Shown: positions 24,821-34,295 of the stretch, in pieces
Layout: each line of letters begins with the position of its first letter
Position numbering within the stretch: the first letter of the stretch is position 1
NCBI GenBank assembly: GCA_010027485.1
Contig: RGVC01000001.1
Location: 1 to 39,778 of the forward strand
Reading direction: 5' to 3'
Length of the DNA stretch: 39,778 nucleotides
Origin: a bacterium
GTDB taxonomy: Bacteria; Patescibacteriota; Saccharimonadia; Saccharimonadales; UBA4665
Translations under genes and position numbers: made by a program
Notes under the pieces: model-generated
What the model was told of the DNA's origin: nothing
Database searches by the model: none
What the model saw: only the letters and a program-made list of their open reading frames with translations

Positions 24821-26028
24821 CTTCTTTTAGTTGGCTTTTGTAGCCAGCGTATGCCTATTATCATTAGTACTACTAAAATACTAGCCACAATTAATTTACC
24901 TAATGTTGTGCCGATGAAATTATTAAATAGTGTTGGACCATTGCCTGGGAGCTGGCTACTGCCATAACTGGCTATGCTTGAATCATTGCTGGTAGCAGAG
25001 TTTGTGGCGGGATCTGGGCTGACTTGCGTCCCAACAACGACCATTCTCTTCAGACTTGTTCCAGGTGGGTCACAGGTTATGAGAGTAGCAGTAGCTGTCT
25101 GTCCCTCAACGTTGCCAAGTACGCCTACTTCACTGGGATCAACTACTTTTTTGCTAATGACTTTATAAACGTATATTTTGCCATTATAGGTTAAATAAAA
25201 AGTATCATCGTTTTCTAAAGTACGAAGTAATACAAAAGCAAATTTATACTTCCCCTTATTGAAAATATTATTACTGCTATGCCCAAAAAATGCAGAATTA
25301 CCTTTTTGGCCAGGAACAGAAGTAGTTGGGTAATGTACCACGCCACTCTCTAGGCTGTTTTCGACTGCCGACTCGTCGATGGTTTTAACTCCGTAATTAA
25401 CCGGAATTTGGACATTAATCTTCGGGATTATAATTTCGGGTTGAGCAGAAGGAGTTATGGAGTCGCTACTAACAATCAAAGGTGCATTTGCATTGGCTCT
25501 GCTAGGTTGAACGAACGGCGCTATTACAACCTCGTTGAAAAAACCAAATAGTAGTACTAAAAGCACTACGAAACCCATTCCCAGACCAAATAACAAAGAC
25601 TGTAAGTGGTGTTTAGCTTTTAGTTTTCCGCCTGCACTAACATGATTATTAACTTTTTCTTTCAGTGTTCGGGGCTTTTTGGTTTCGCTCAGGGTTCTTT
25701 GGTTATGTGAAGAGTGGCTACTACTCGCAGGATGCTTAAGGTACTTTTGGCTGTCATAAAATTCATCCCAAACTTCATGTTTTTCATGTTCTGGAAGATT
25801 TTGATAATAATCATGCCAAGCCGTTTGAATGGAGGCTAGGTTTTGTCCAGAATCGTGTAAATTACGGATAAAAAGCTGATGTTTACTAGGTCTGCTGGCT
25901 ACTTCAGATTCAGCCAACTCATTTAAAGCGCCGGGCTCTTTATCGTATAAGTGTTTTAATTTACCTCTAATAGCATTGGCGGCTAAATCTTGGTGTTTTG
26001 AATTATTATCAGACGATTTATTATTCAT
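24814..26028 (-). CDS. Sortase with an N-terminal cytoplasmic extension and two TM helices
   Basis: IPKINV, GHSS (His), TLITC (Cys) and downstream Arg (LKR). Confidence 0.9.
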   Translation of the reverse strand: MNNKSSDNNSKHQDLAANAIRGKLKHLYDKEPGALNELAESEVASRPSKHQLFIRNLHDSGQNLASIQTAWHDYYQNLPEHEKHEVWDEFYDSQKYLKHPASSSHSSHNQRTLSETKKPRTLKEKVNNHVSAGGKLKAKHHLQSLLFGLGMGFVVLLVLLFGFFNEVVIAPFVQPSRANANAPLIVSSDSITPSAQPEIIIPKINVQIPVNYGVKTIDESAVENSLESGVVHYPTTSVPGQKGNSAFFGHSSNNIFNKGKYKFAFVLLRTLENDDTFYLTYNGKIYVYKVISKKVVDPSEVGVLGNVEGQTATATLITCDPPGTSLKRMVVVGTQVSPDPATNSATSNDSSIASYGSSQLPGNGPTLFNNFIGTTLGKLIVASILVVLMIIGIRWLQKPTKRSY

Positions 26029-26133
26029 ATATTTAATAATTTAAGCCATATATACTAGCTCAATCTATCTTAAGTATAGTACAATTACCCCTAGTAGCAT
26101 ACTTTTTAGTTATGCTTAAAATGTGATAAATCT

Positions 26134-26221
26134 GGGCGAGTGGTGAAATTGGTATACACGCTAGACTCAAAATCTTGTGAGCTTTACGCTCGTGGGGGTT
26201 CAAGTCCCCCCTCGCCCACCA
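26134..26221 (+). tRNA. tRNA-Leu(CAA)
   Basis: Acceptor GGGCGAG/CTCGCCC, anticodon loop CTCAAAA, long variable arm, T arm GGGGG-TTCAAGT-CCCCC, CCA end; one U-U pair in the anticodon stem. Confidence 0.94.
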
Positions 26222-26222
26222 T

Positions 26223-26999
26223 TTAATTGACTATGGCGCTAGCAATTGCTGGCAATGACTTAGAAGGATGTTGCATCCACCATACGGCTGCTTTTGCAGG
26301 GTATAGAGATATCTCAGGTTCAGTTTTGGTAGTTATCACCTTTCCCTGCTCACTAACGACAATATTTCCATTAAACTCCGACAATATAATTGGTTTAAAC
26401 CTCTTGGTGTATTCACTCACTGTTTCAATATATGAGTCGAGGTTCATGGTGCTTTTAAGGGGTCTAGCAAAACGTGAATTTATAAATAGTTTTTGTAGTT
26501 TAGAAAAATCTAATACTAGTAGTGTATTTATGCGGTTTAGTACTGCATGAGGATTGTTGAGCGCTAGATCAACAGCATCTCCATAAAATGTAATTTGGCC
26601 TGAGTATTTTTCGAGAAAAGTTTCTAGGAGCGTTGCAGTTTCGCTGTTATTAGAAAAATCGCCGGCCAGCAGAACTCCGTCCGACCAATTGGCTAAATCT
26701 AAAAATGCGCTGATGGCTTGTTTCGAGAAACTACCACTATTGTTGTTGGGAGCAAATTCGGCGTCTTCTAGAGTTTTTCCAACGATTTTTTGTAATACTT
26801 GAGGCATTAAAACTTTTACGGTCCCAGCTCCAGCCTGCAAGGACTTGGTATAGCAAATAGCTGGTGATGTAAACCCATTACTGTTTCCACCGATAATCAG
26901 TAATTTGCCGGCAGTCATTTTAGTGCTTGGCTTGCTCCAAATGAGATCCTCAAAAAGAGGCTTATTAGAATCTTGTTTTTGCCAAATATCACTATTCAT
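26223..26999 (-). CDS. NnrD/YjeF-C (carbohydrate kinase fold)-like protein, divergent
   Basis: GKLLIIGG and AGAGTV motifs; the usual TPH and GTGD motifs are not evident. Confidence 0.65.
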   Translation of the reverse strand: MNSDIWQKQDSNKPLFEDLIWSKPSTKMTAGKLLIIGGNSNGFTSPAICYTKSLQAGAGTVKVLMPQVLQKIVGKTLEDAEFAPNNNSGSFSKQAISAFLDLANWSDGVLLAGDFSNNSETATLLETFLEKYSGQITFYGDAVDLALNNPHAVLNRINTLLVLDFSKLQKLFINSRFARPLKSTMNLDSYIETVSEYTKRFKPIILSEFNGNIVVSEQGKVITTKTEPEISLYPAKAAVWWMQHPSKSLPAIASAIVN

Positions 27000-27708
27000 C
27001 TAGCTTGTATTCCTCGTTATTTGGCATAAGTTTATAGATCATGTTTTTGCGCTCAACAACTATTTGCCAGTGTCTTTTTCTGGCTTCTTCGTAGAAGGCT
27101 CTGCTAGGATTAAAGGCTATGGGGTTTTCGGTTTTCGCCAGCATTTCAATGTCGCCTTCGCTATCGCCTATGCCGTAGCTATCTTTATATGACAGTCCGT
27201 GTTTTTGGACTAATTTGTCTAAGGCTTGATGCTTGTGACCAATAACCAGATATTGATAACCTTTGAATTTATCGCCGTCTACTTCAAAACTAGTGGCCAT
27301 AAAATCATCAAAACCATAATAATTTACCATCTCTTTTACGATAATGTCTGGTGAGCCAGAAATGGCAAATAGCATGTAGCCACGGCTTTTTAAGTCTTTA
27401 ATTAAATCCCTGGTGTATGTGTATACCTGATCCTTGTATCTATCAAAAACTTGTTGCACTATTTGGTGAAAATTTTGGACACCTGTTTTAGTCAGGGCTT
27501 CATTAAAAACTTCAATCAACTGTCTTTCGTAATTGATGAATGCTTGGTCGTGGTCGCGTGTTTTCCAGCTCATTCGCTGTTTGAGGACTTTTTTGAAGGC
27601 TTGCTCATCTATGATGCCAACTTTAGCCATTTCATCACAGATTGCATGATACAGTTGCCACCTGATAATGGTGCCATCAATATCAAATACAGCAAATGGA
27701 CGGCTCAT
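26992..27708 (-). CDS. HAD-superfamily IB hydrolase (SerB-like)
   Basis: FDIDGT, ISGS and GDSEGD motifs. Confidence 0.9.
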   Translation of the reverse strand: MSRPFAVFDIDGTIIRWQLYHAICDEMAKVGIIDEQAFKKVLKQRMSWKTRDHDQAFINYERQLIEVFNEALTKTGVQNFHQIVQQVFDRYKDQVYTYTRDLIKDLKSRGYMLFAISGSPDIIVKEMVNYYGFDDFMATSFEVDGDKFKGYQYLVIGHKHQALDKLVQKHGLSYKDSYGIGDSEGDIEMLAKTENPIAFNPSRAFYEEARKRHWQIVVERKNMIYKLMPNNEEYKLDE

Positions 27709-28505
27709 AAATCAATACCTATGGACACAGGACAATGATCGGAACCTAGTACATCGGCATGAATTTTGGCAGTTTTAATATTTGGCTCAAGAGATTTTGA
27801 AGTTAAAAAGTAATCAATCCGCCAGCCGACGTTGCGCTCTCTAGATTTGGCAAAATAGCTCCACCAGCTGTAGTGTCCATTGCCTTGAGTGAAAATTCGA
27901 AATGTATCTATAAAGCCAGCGTCTATAAATGCTTGAAAGCCACTGCGTTCTTCGTTTGTAAAGCCTTTTTTGCCCCTGTTGGGTTTGGGGTTGGCAAGAT
28001 CATCTTCGGTATGAGCTACATTTAAATCACCACAGAAAATTACCGGCTTAGTTTTTTCGAGTTGTTTACAGTAATCCAAAAAAGCTGGATCCCAGTGTTT
28101 TTCTCGTAATGGTATACGGCTCAAATCATCTTTAGCATTGGGAGTATAAACTGTAACCAGCCAAAATTTGTCAAACTCTGCGCTTAGCACCCTGCCCTCG
28201 TCGTTCGGATTGCCGTAGTTATCGGCATTCAATTTGTGCTTTTTAATTATGTCTTCAGGAAAACCGTCAATTACTTGTTTGGGCGGAATTTTAGAAATAA
28301 TCGCCGTTCCACTATAACCCGGCTTCAGTGCTGGGTACCAAAAACTGTCATAATCGGCTAAATGAATATCGATCTGATCTTGCTTGGCCTTTATTTCCTG
28401 TAAACAGATAATGTCAGGTTTTTCTTTTTCCAAAAAAGGCTTCCACAGCTCTTTTCGCTCAACTGCCCTTATGCCGTTTACATTCCATGAATAAATAGTT
28501 GTCAT
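27705..28505 (-). CDS. xth: Exodeoxyribonuclease III (AP endonuclease)
   Basis: SWNVNG, LQEIK, GDLNVAH, GWRIDY and SDHCP motifs. Confidence 0.96.
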   Translation of the reverse strand: MTTIYSWNVNGIRAVERKELWKPFLEKEKPDIICLQEIKAKQDQIDIHLADYDSFWYPALKPGYSGTAIISKIPPKQVIDGFPEDIIKKHKLNADNYGNPNDEGRVLSAEFDKFWLVTVYTPNAKDDLSRIPLREKHWDPAFLDYCKQLEKTKPVIFCGDLNVAHTEDDLANPKPNRGKKGFTNEERSGFQAFIDAGFIDTFRIFTQGNGHYSWWSYFAKSRERNVGWRIDYFLTSKSLEPNIKTAKIHADVLGSDHCPVSIGIDL

Positions 28506-28555
28506 TACTAAAAAGTATAGCCTTGAGTAGGAACTTTTGCTAGACTCTTAGCAAG

Positions 28556-29272
28556 ATGTCAGCTAAAGCATACAAAAGAATATTACTAAAATTATCAGGT
28601 GAACAGCTTGCTGGAAAATATGACTTTGGTGTTGATCCCGAAATAGCTGCCTATTTAGCCAAAGAAATAAGCCAAGTTGTAGACATGGGCTGCGAGGTGG
28701 TTGTAATAGCCGGTGGCGGAAATATGGTTCGTGGTGCTGAAATAGCCGGAAATGGAATTCGTCGAGTAACTGCCGATCAGATGGGCATGCTTAGTGGTCT
28801 TATAAACTGTATGGCAATCACCGACATTTTTGAATATAACAATCTTAAAACACGCTGCTTAAGCAATATATACGCTCAACAATTGGCTGAATCGTACTCT
28901 TACCGTTTAGCCGAAAAACACCTTCAGAAAAAACGAGTTGTGGTGGTGGCCGGTGGCACCGCAAGGCCTTACGTAACTCATGACACTGCAGCAGTTAGTT
29001 TCGCGCTGGAACTGGACTGCGAAGTAGTGCTCAAAGCCACAAAATACGATGGTGTTTACGACAAAGATCCTGCTAAATTCAAGGACGCAGTTAAGCTTGA
29101 TAAAGCTACTTTTAGCGATGCTCTCAATAAATCAGCAATCAAGGTAATGGATAAAGCTGCTATTGGCCTAGCCATGGAACAGCAAAAACCGATTATTGTT
29201 TTTGACGTAATGACGCCTGGTAGTCTAGCAAAGATTGCTAGAGGCAAAATTGTCGGAACACTTATTCACTAG
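28556..29272 (+). CDS. pyrH: UMP kinase
   Basis: LLKLSGE, GGGNMVRG, ADQMGML, DGVYDKDP and KVMD motifs. Confidence 0.95.
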   Translation: MSAKAYKRILLKLSGEQLAGKYDFGVDPEIAAYLAKEISQVVDMGCEVVVIAGGGNMVRGAEIAGNGIRRVTADQMGMLSGLINCMAITDIFEYNNLKTRCLSNIYAQQLAESYSYRLAEKHLQKKRVVVVAGGTARPYVTHDTAAVSFALELDCEVVLKATKYDGVYDKDPAKFKDAVKLDKATFSDALNKSAIKVMDKAAIGLAMEQQKPIIVFDVMTPGSLAKIARGKIVGTLIH

Positions 29273-31631
29273 CTAAGTCTGCGACGTCCAGTGTAACGGA
29301 ATCACCCTCTTTGATAGCGCCTGATAGAATTTTTTGGGCGACGCTATTTTCGACTGCTCTTTGCAAGGCTCTACGCATAGGCCTAGCACCTAAACGAGGG
29401 TCATTGCCCTCTTTTACTATCTGAGTGATTGCTGCATCGGTTAAGCTGATTTTAATATTCTTATTTGATAGGGTTTTGTTAACTTCTTCAAGCATTAGCC
29501 CTACCACCTGCTTTAACTCATCTGGATTTAGCGGCCTAAAAAGTACTATTTCGTCAAAACGGTTTAATAACTCAGGCTTAAAACTACCAGCGTTTATAAG
29601 GTTGTCGGTAAATTGATTAGCAAAGTCTTCTATGTTCTCGCCTTTTTCTATTCTTTCTCGAATTTCTTGGGCGCCGGCGTTAGAAGTAGTAATAATGATA
29701 CTGTCTTTAAAGGAGGCTGCTTTACCAGATTCATCTGTAAGCCGGCCTTCATCTAGAAGTTGCAGGAGTAGATTCAATATATTGGGGTGTGCTTTTTCTA
29801 TTTCATCTAGGAGCACTACCGTGTAAGGTTTCTTTCGAATATTGAGTAGCAAACTTGATGATTCATTTTCGCCAGTCGCTAATAGTCTTTTTACGTCATC
29901 GGGTTGTTGATATTCACTCATGTCTAAGCGAATCATGGCTGACTCATCTCCGAAATAAATGGCTGCAATTGATTTTGCAAGTTCAGTTTTACCGACTCCA
30001 GTTGGCCCTAAGAACAAAAAGCTGCCCATTGGTTTATTGGGGTTACTAACGCCAGCTCTGGCTCGTCTGAGAGCATTCGATACTACACTAACGGCATGAG
30101 ATTGATTGATCATGCGCTTGTGAATAGCATCTTCCATATTGAGTAGTGCGCCACTTTCTTCTGGCGCAACTTTGGAGACTTTTACTCCACTAATTTGCTC
30201 TATAGTCTGCTCTATTGTTTCTTTTGTCATCATAGAGTTTTGAGCATGTGGAACAGATTCCTCCAATAATTTAATAGCCTTGCCAGGATAAGCCATATCT
30301 TGATCAAATCTATCGCTCAGCTGATAAATCGCTCTAATAGCTGAAAATGTTATTAATAATTTTTTATTAATTTCTGTACCTAGTGCAATGTCTTCTAAAA
30401 CTCTCATGACTCCTACTTGATCTAGTTCTTGGAGTTTGACTGGTGTAATAAGATTAGATAAGTTTTGACTCTTGGTTCGCAGTCGCTGAAAATCACTGTC
30501 AGACATGGCTAAAATAATCGGCACCTGACCGGATTCAATAACTTTAAGGAGTATTTGCGAGGCATCAATTGCGCCTGGTTGGTCGCTAAAGAATGTCTGG
30601 GCGTCATCTATAAACAGCATAATATGACCAGCTTTGGAGGCTTCGTTTACTAGATTAACAATCAAAGCTTCAAGCTCTCCGGGATGCTGGGCATTTGACG
30701 TTATATCCATGGCACTGATGCCAATAATTTGATGATAAGCTAGATTCGGCGTGGATTTGCCTTCAATTAATTTTTGAGCTAAGGCCTTTACCGATGAGCT
30801 TTTGCCTATACCGTCTGGGCCTATTAGTGCTACGGCTTTGGCATTGTTGTCGAAGGCTGATTCTACTGCCTTAACCCCTTCAGAATCTGTTAGCCAGCCA
30901 TAATTAGCGCCATACTTTTCAATAGATAAACTTATATTTTGGCCAAGTTTGTTGAGTAAGGGTGTCCATCCATTGGCCCAGTCTCGGCCGATTCCGCCGT
31001 AATATTTTTTGTTATTTTTCTTGGTGTCTAAAGACCTGGCCAGCCAGTTGACGATATCTTGGATATCTTCGGCCTTGTTGCCCGATTTAACAATCATTTC
31101 TTTTACAGCACTGGATTGCATGAGTAAGCTGGCAATTATAAAGCCAACTTCTATAGATTCACTATGATTTTGATCAGCAATTTGGCTGGCTACCGTCCAG
31201 GTTTTTGCCAGTGCTTCGGGACTATTGTCTAATGCCGGTAAAACAGCTTCATCGGAAATTGTTAGGTGGCCCAAAATAAAATCGGATTGCCAATTGTTAC
31301 TTAGTGCCTGGAAAAGCTGTTTATTATCATTTATGCTAATTGGTAAATTGGATAAAACATCATAAGATAGTCTGTCTGTAATACTTTTATTGTGGGGTTC
31401 TAGAACACTCAAGTCTCTTTTCCACCAAGAAGCTAACATAAATCCTATAATTGCTGGAGCACTCAGTAGTGCCGCAAAGTTTTTACCGCCAATAAATAAA
31501 ATGTAGGTCGCTAAAGAACCACACAATATGGTTATCAGCACCAGTAAATAAAATCCACGCTTACCTATTTTTTTGCCGAGCCTGGCCTTTTTATGCCTTG
31601 CATTACCTAGATTAATCGCCTGTTCGTTCAT
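29262..31631 (-). CDS. Membrane-anchored ClpA/B-like double AAA+ ATPase
   Basis: Two N-terminal TM helices; D1 GPDGIGKS / FIDD; D2 GPTGVGKT / LLDEIEKAHP; PELLNRFD and GARPMRR motifs. Confidence 0.9.
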   Translation of the reverse strand: MNEQAINLGNARHKKARLGKKIGKRGFYLLVLITILCGSLATYILFIGGKNFAALLSAPAIIGFMLASWWKRDLSVLEPHNKSITDRLSYDVLSNLPISINDNKQLFQALSNNWQSDFILGHLTISDEAVLPALDNSPEALAKTWTVASQIADQNHSESIEVGFIIASLLMQSSAVKEMIVKSGNKAEDIQDIVNWLARSLDTKKNNKKYYGGIGRDWANGWTPLLNKLGQNISLSIEKYGANYGWLTDSEGVKAVESAFDNNAKAVALIGPDGIGKSSSVKALAQKLIEGKSTPNLAYHQIIGISAMDITSNAQHPGELEALIVNLVNEASKAGHIMLFIDDAQTFFSDQPGAIDASQILLKVIESGQVPIILAMSDSDFQRLRTKSQNLSNLITPVKLQELDQVGVMRVLEDIALGTEINKKLLITFSAIRAIYQLSDRFDQDMAYPGKAIKLLEESVPHAQNSMMTKETIEQTIEQISGVKVSKVAPEESGALLNMEDAIHKRMINQSHAVSVVSNALRRARAGVSNPNKPMGSFLFLGPTGVGKTELAKSIAAIYFGDESAMIRLDMSEYQQPDDVKRLLATGENESSSLLLNIRKKPYTVVLLDEIEKAHPNILNLLLQLLDEGRLTDESGKAASFKDSIIITTSNAGAQEIRERIEKGENIEDFANQFTDNLINAGSFKPELLNRFDEIVLFRPLNPDELKQVVGLMLEEVNKTLSNKNIKISLTDAAITQIVKEGNDPRLGARPMRRALQRAVENSVAQKILSGAIKEGDSVTLDVADLASE

Positions 31632-31990
31632 AATATTATTCCTAAAATTATACTTACAGGTACTAAGGCTGGTAGTAGCGGCCAGACAATAATTTCAATT
31701 AAAGATAATACTGCCACAAAAATTATTGTGACGAGCGCTGCAAGCAGTACTATCGATCTAACTACAAAACCGACAGCACGGCTAAATAGATTGTCTAAGG
31801 ATGCCTTTATTTTGTCATCGAAGCCATCACCCGTATAGCTAATTATTCGCTTCCAAGGCGCAAACCAAGTTCTAATTAAGCTGTTCACGGAAAAGCTGGC
31901 AGAAATAGACATTGTTCGAATTTTAATGCTCTTAACAACCTGTTTCCAGCCATCACCGTACCACCAGATAAAGAATGAACTAATAAGCAT
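31628..31990 (-). CDS. Small membrane protein coupled to the Clp-like ATPase
   Basis: WWY and FAPWKR motifs with a hydrophobic C-terminal hairpin; ATGA overlap with the ATPase. Second Met chosen because it lies 8 nt after TACAAT (alternative start 31996). Confidence 0.8.
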   Translation of the reverse strand: MLISSFFIWWYGDGWKQVVKSIKIRTMSISASFSVNSLIRTWFAPWKRIISYTGDGFDDKIKASLDNLFSRAVGFVVRSIVLLAALVTIIFVAVLSLIEIIVWPLLPALVPVSIILGIIL

Positions 31991-32028
31991 ATGCATTTAT
32001 TGTAACATCTGTTAATAATAAGAAGGAA

Positions 32029-32118
32029 TGGCGGAGGGAGAGGGATTCGAACCCTCGGTAGAGTTGCCCCTACACCACCTTTCCAAGATGGCGCACTAGA
32101 CCACTATGCGACCCCTCC
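32029..32118 (-). tRNA. tRNA-Ser(GGA)
   Basis: Minus strand GGAGGGG...CCATC-TTGGAAA-GGTGG, long variable arm, GAGGG-TTCGAAT-CCCTC, GCCA end. Confidence 0.96.
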
Positions 32119-32229
32119 ATTGTTTGGTATTGAACCTATATATTTTAACCTTTTATTGGTCCTTATCAAAAATTACGACACTTGAACTATTGTCATCTGT
32201 TAATAAGCTGTTTACAATTGGTGACAACG

Positions 32230-33081
32230 ATGGCTTTAATTGAACTACAAGACGTCAGCAAACTGTACGGCTTCGGCGATGCTACAACCTTAGCATTAGA
32301 CGAGGTCAACTTAACTATTGAAAAAGGCGAATTCGTGGCCGTCATGGGCCCCAGTGGTTGCGGCAAAAGCACACTTATGAATATCATCGGTTTACTTGAT
32401 AGGCCGAGCCACGGAAAATATCGCTTGCAAGCTAAGTCGGTTGAAACTCTGCGACCTAACCAATCGGCAAAATTGCGCCGAGATACCATTGGATTTATTT
32501 TTCAATCATACAATCTAGTACCTAGGCTGAACGTTCTAGATAATGTAGCTTTGCCTTTGATGTATAAGGGCGTTAATGTAACTAATAGGATTAAGCAAGC
32601 TAGCGCCATGCTAGAGCGTGTTGGCATTCAGGAGCGTGAATACTTTATGCCCAATCAACTCAGTGGCGGTCAGTTGCAGTGTGCAGCAATCGCTCGGGCC
32701 CTGATAAATAACCCTAAATTAATTGTTGCCGATGAACCCACTGGTAATTTAGACAGCGAAAGCTCACGCCTTGTCATGGAACTGTTGGCTGATATTCACA
32801 AAAATGGCAATACAGTAATTTTTGTGACACATAATCCAGAACTTACTAGATATGCTACACGAGTTGTTTATATGCACGATGGCAGTATTATTCACGATGA
32901 GAAAACCGTTATTGGTCGAGTTGCGTCAACTGCTAAAAAAGTAGCCGAAAAATCTCTTACTTCAGACGAAGAACACTTGCTGGCCGGCGTATCAACCATG
33001 ATGAAAACTTTTCCTACTAAAGATTCTGAGAGTAAAACAAAGTCTAGGAAAAAACCCCTAAAAGGTAAGAAAAAATCATGA
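32230..33081 (+). CDS. ABC transporter ATP-binding protein (MacB/LolD type)
   Basis: GPSGCGKST, LSGGQ, ADEPTGNLD and VTHN motifs; start placed at the ATG at 32230. Confidence 0.93.
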   Translation: MALIELQDVSKLYGFGDATTLALDEVNLTIEKGEFVAVMGPSGCGKSTLMNIIGLLDRPSHGKYRLQAKSVETLRPNQSAKLRRDTIGFIFQSYNLVPRLNVLDNVALPLMYKGVNVTNRIKQASAMLERVGIQEREYFMPNQLSGGQLQCAAIARALINNPKLIVADEPTGNLDSESSRLVMELLADIHKNGNTVIFVTHNPELTRYATRVVYMHDGSIIHDEKTVIGRVASTAKKVAEKSLTSDEEHLLAGVSTMMKTFPTKDSESKTKSRKKPLKGKKKS

Positions 33082-34295
33082 ACGAATATACTCGAGGTAA
33101 TTTTAAAGCAGGATTTAAAACATTACTTAGTACGAAACTGAGAAGCTTTTGGACGATGCTCGGAATAATTATCGGAGTAGCTTCAGTAATCACAGTTATC
33201 GGTATTGGATCGGGTATTAAACAGCAAGTTAGTCATCAGATTCAGCACCTTGGTAGAGATGTAATTGTTATACGACCAGGCGAGCTACATGGCAGTACGG
33301 GCCTAGACGCTCTATCTGGATTAAATGTTAGCGGGGCTTTAAGTTCAAAAGATGTCAATGTCGTAAAAAATGTCGATGGAGTATCTAGCGTTGCTCCAAT
33401 AAGCATATCGGTGGCAAAAATAACTCGCGATAAAATTCCCTACAATAATAATTTATTGATAGGCACCAATGGTGATCTACCGGGATTGTTGAATCAATCC
33501 ATAGCCTATGGCTCGTTTTTCACTTATGAAGACGAAGGCAGTAAGGCTGCAGTTCTTGGCGATAAAGTTGCAAAAAGAATATTCGACGAAGAATTGCCTC
33601 TGGGCAGAACATTTTACTACAACGGTCAAGAATTTATAGTTCGTGGCATTTTAAATGAGATGAACACCACTCCGCTAACTGAACAAGCTGATTTTAACGA
33701 TGCCATTTTTATTCAAGATCAGGTAGCTCAAGAACTTAGCAAAAATACCGCACCGATCTATCAAATATTAGCCCGCCCTGAAGACCCTAAACAATATAAA
33801 GCCGTAGCTGAAAAAATTCAAAATTCTTTATATAAATCTCATGGATATCAAAATAATTTCAAAGTCATAACCGGCGGTAAAGATTATGACAGCAATGGCA
33901 CTGTCTTATCATTGCTGACTCAAATGATTGCAGGAGTAGCTTCTATCTCTTTACTTGTGGGCGGAGTTGGCATTATGAACGTTATGTATGTTTCGGTTGC
34001 GGAGCGTTTACACGAAATTGGTATTCGCAGAGCCATTGGCGCTACAAATAAACAAATCGTCAGCCAGTTTGTAACAGAAGCATCTATCATTAGCCTAGTA
34101 GGTGGCGTACTAGGTGTAATATTGGCTTTTTTCATAAATATACTATTAAGAATCTTTAGCGATCTTAAGCCAGTGATGAGCATTGAATTGATTGTTTTAG
34201 CAATATTCATTTCTATTATTATTGGCATCATTTTTGGATCATTTCCGGCTATTAAGGCGGCTAGAAAAAATCCAATTGACGCACTTAGATCTTAA
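33078..34295 (+). CDS. ABC transporter permease (MacB-PCD/FtsX type)
   Basis: TMLGIIIGVASV, VGGVGIMN, EIGIRRAIGA and PIDALR motifs. Confidence 0.93.
   Translation: MNEYTRGNFKAGFKTLLSTKLRSFWTMLGIIIGVASVITVIGIGSGIKQQVSHQIQHLGRDVIVIRPGELHGSTGLDALSGLNVSGALSSKDVNVVKNVDGVSSVAPISISVAKITRDKIPYNNNLLIGTNGDLPGLLNQSIAYGSFFTYEDEGSKAAVLGDKVAKRIFDEELPLGRTFYYNGQEFIVRGILNEMNTTPLTEQADFNDAIFIQDQVAQELSKNTAPIYQILARPEDPKQYKAVAEKIQNSLYKSHGYQNNFKVITGGKDYDSNGTVLSLLTQMIAGVASISLLVGGVGIMNVMYVSVAERLHEIGIRRAIGATNKQIVSQFVTEASIISLVGGVLGVILAFFINILLRIFSDLKPVMSIELIVLAIFISIIIGIIFGSFPAIKAARKNPIDALRS

Noticed and set aside
26161..26177. tRNA-Leu as a pseudogene because of a U-U pair in the anticodon stem
   Set aside because: A single mismatch; all other arms and the CCA are intact.
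32659..32703. Unusual ABC signature LSGGQLQCAAIARAL
   Set aside because: Core LSGGQ, Walker A/B, D-loop and H-loop are intact, so this is probably ordinary drift.
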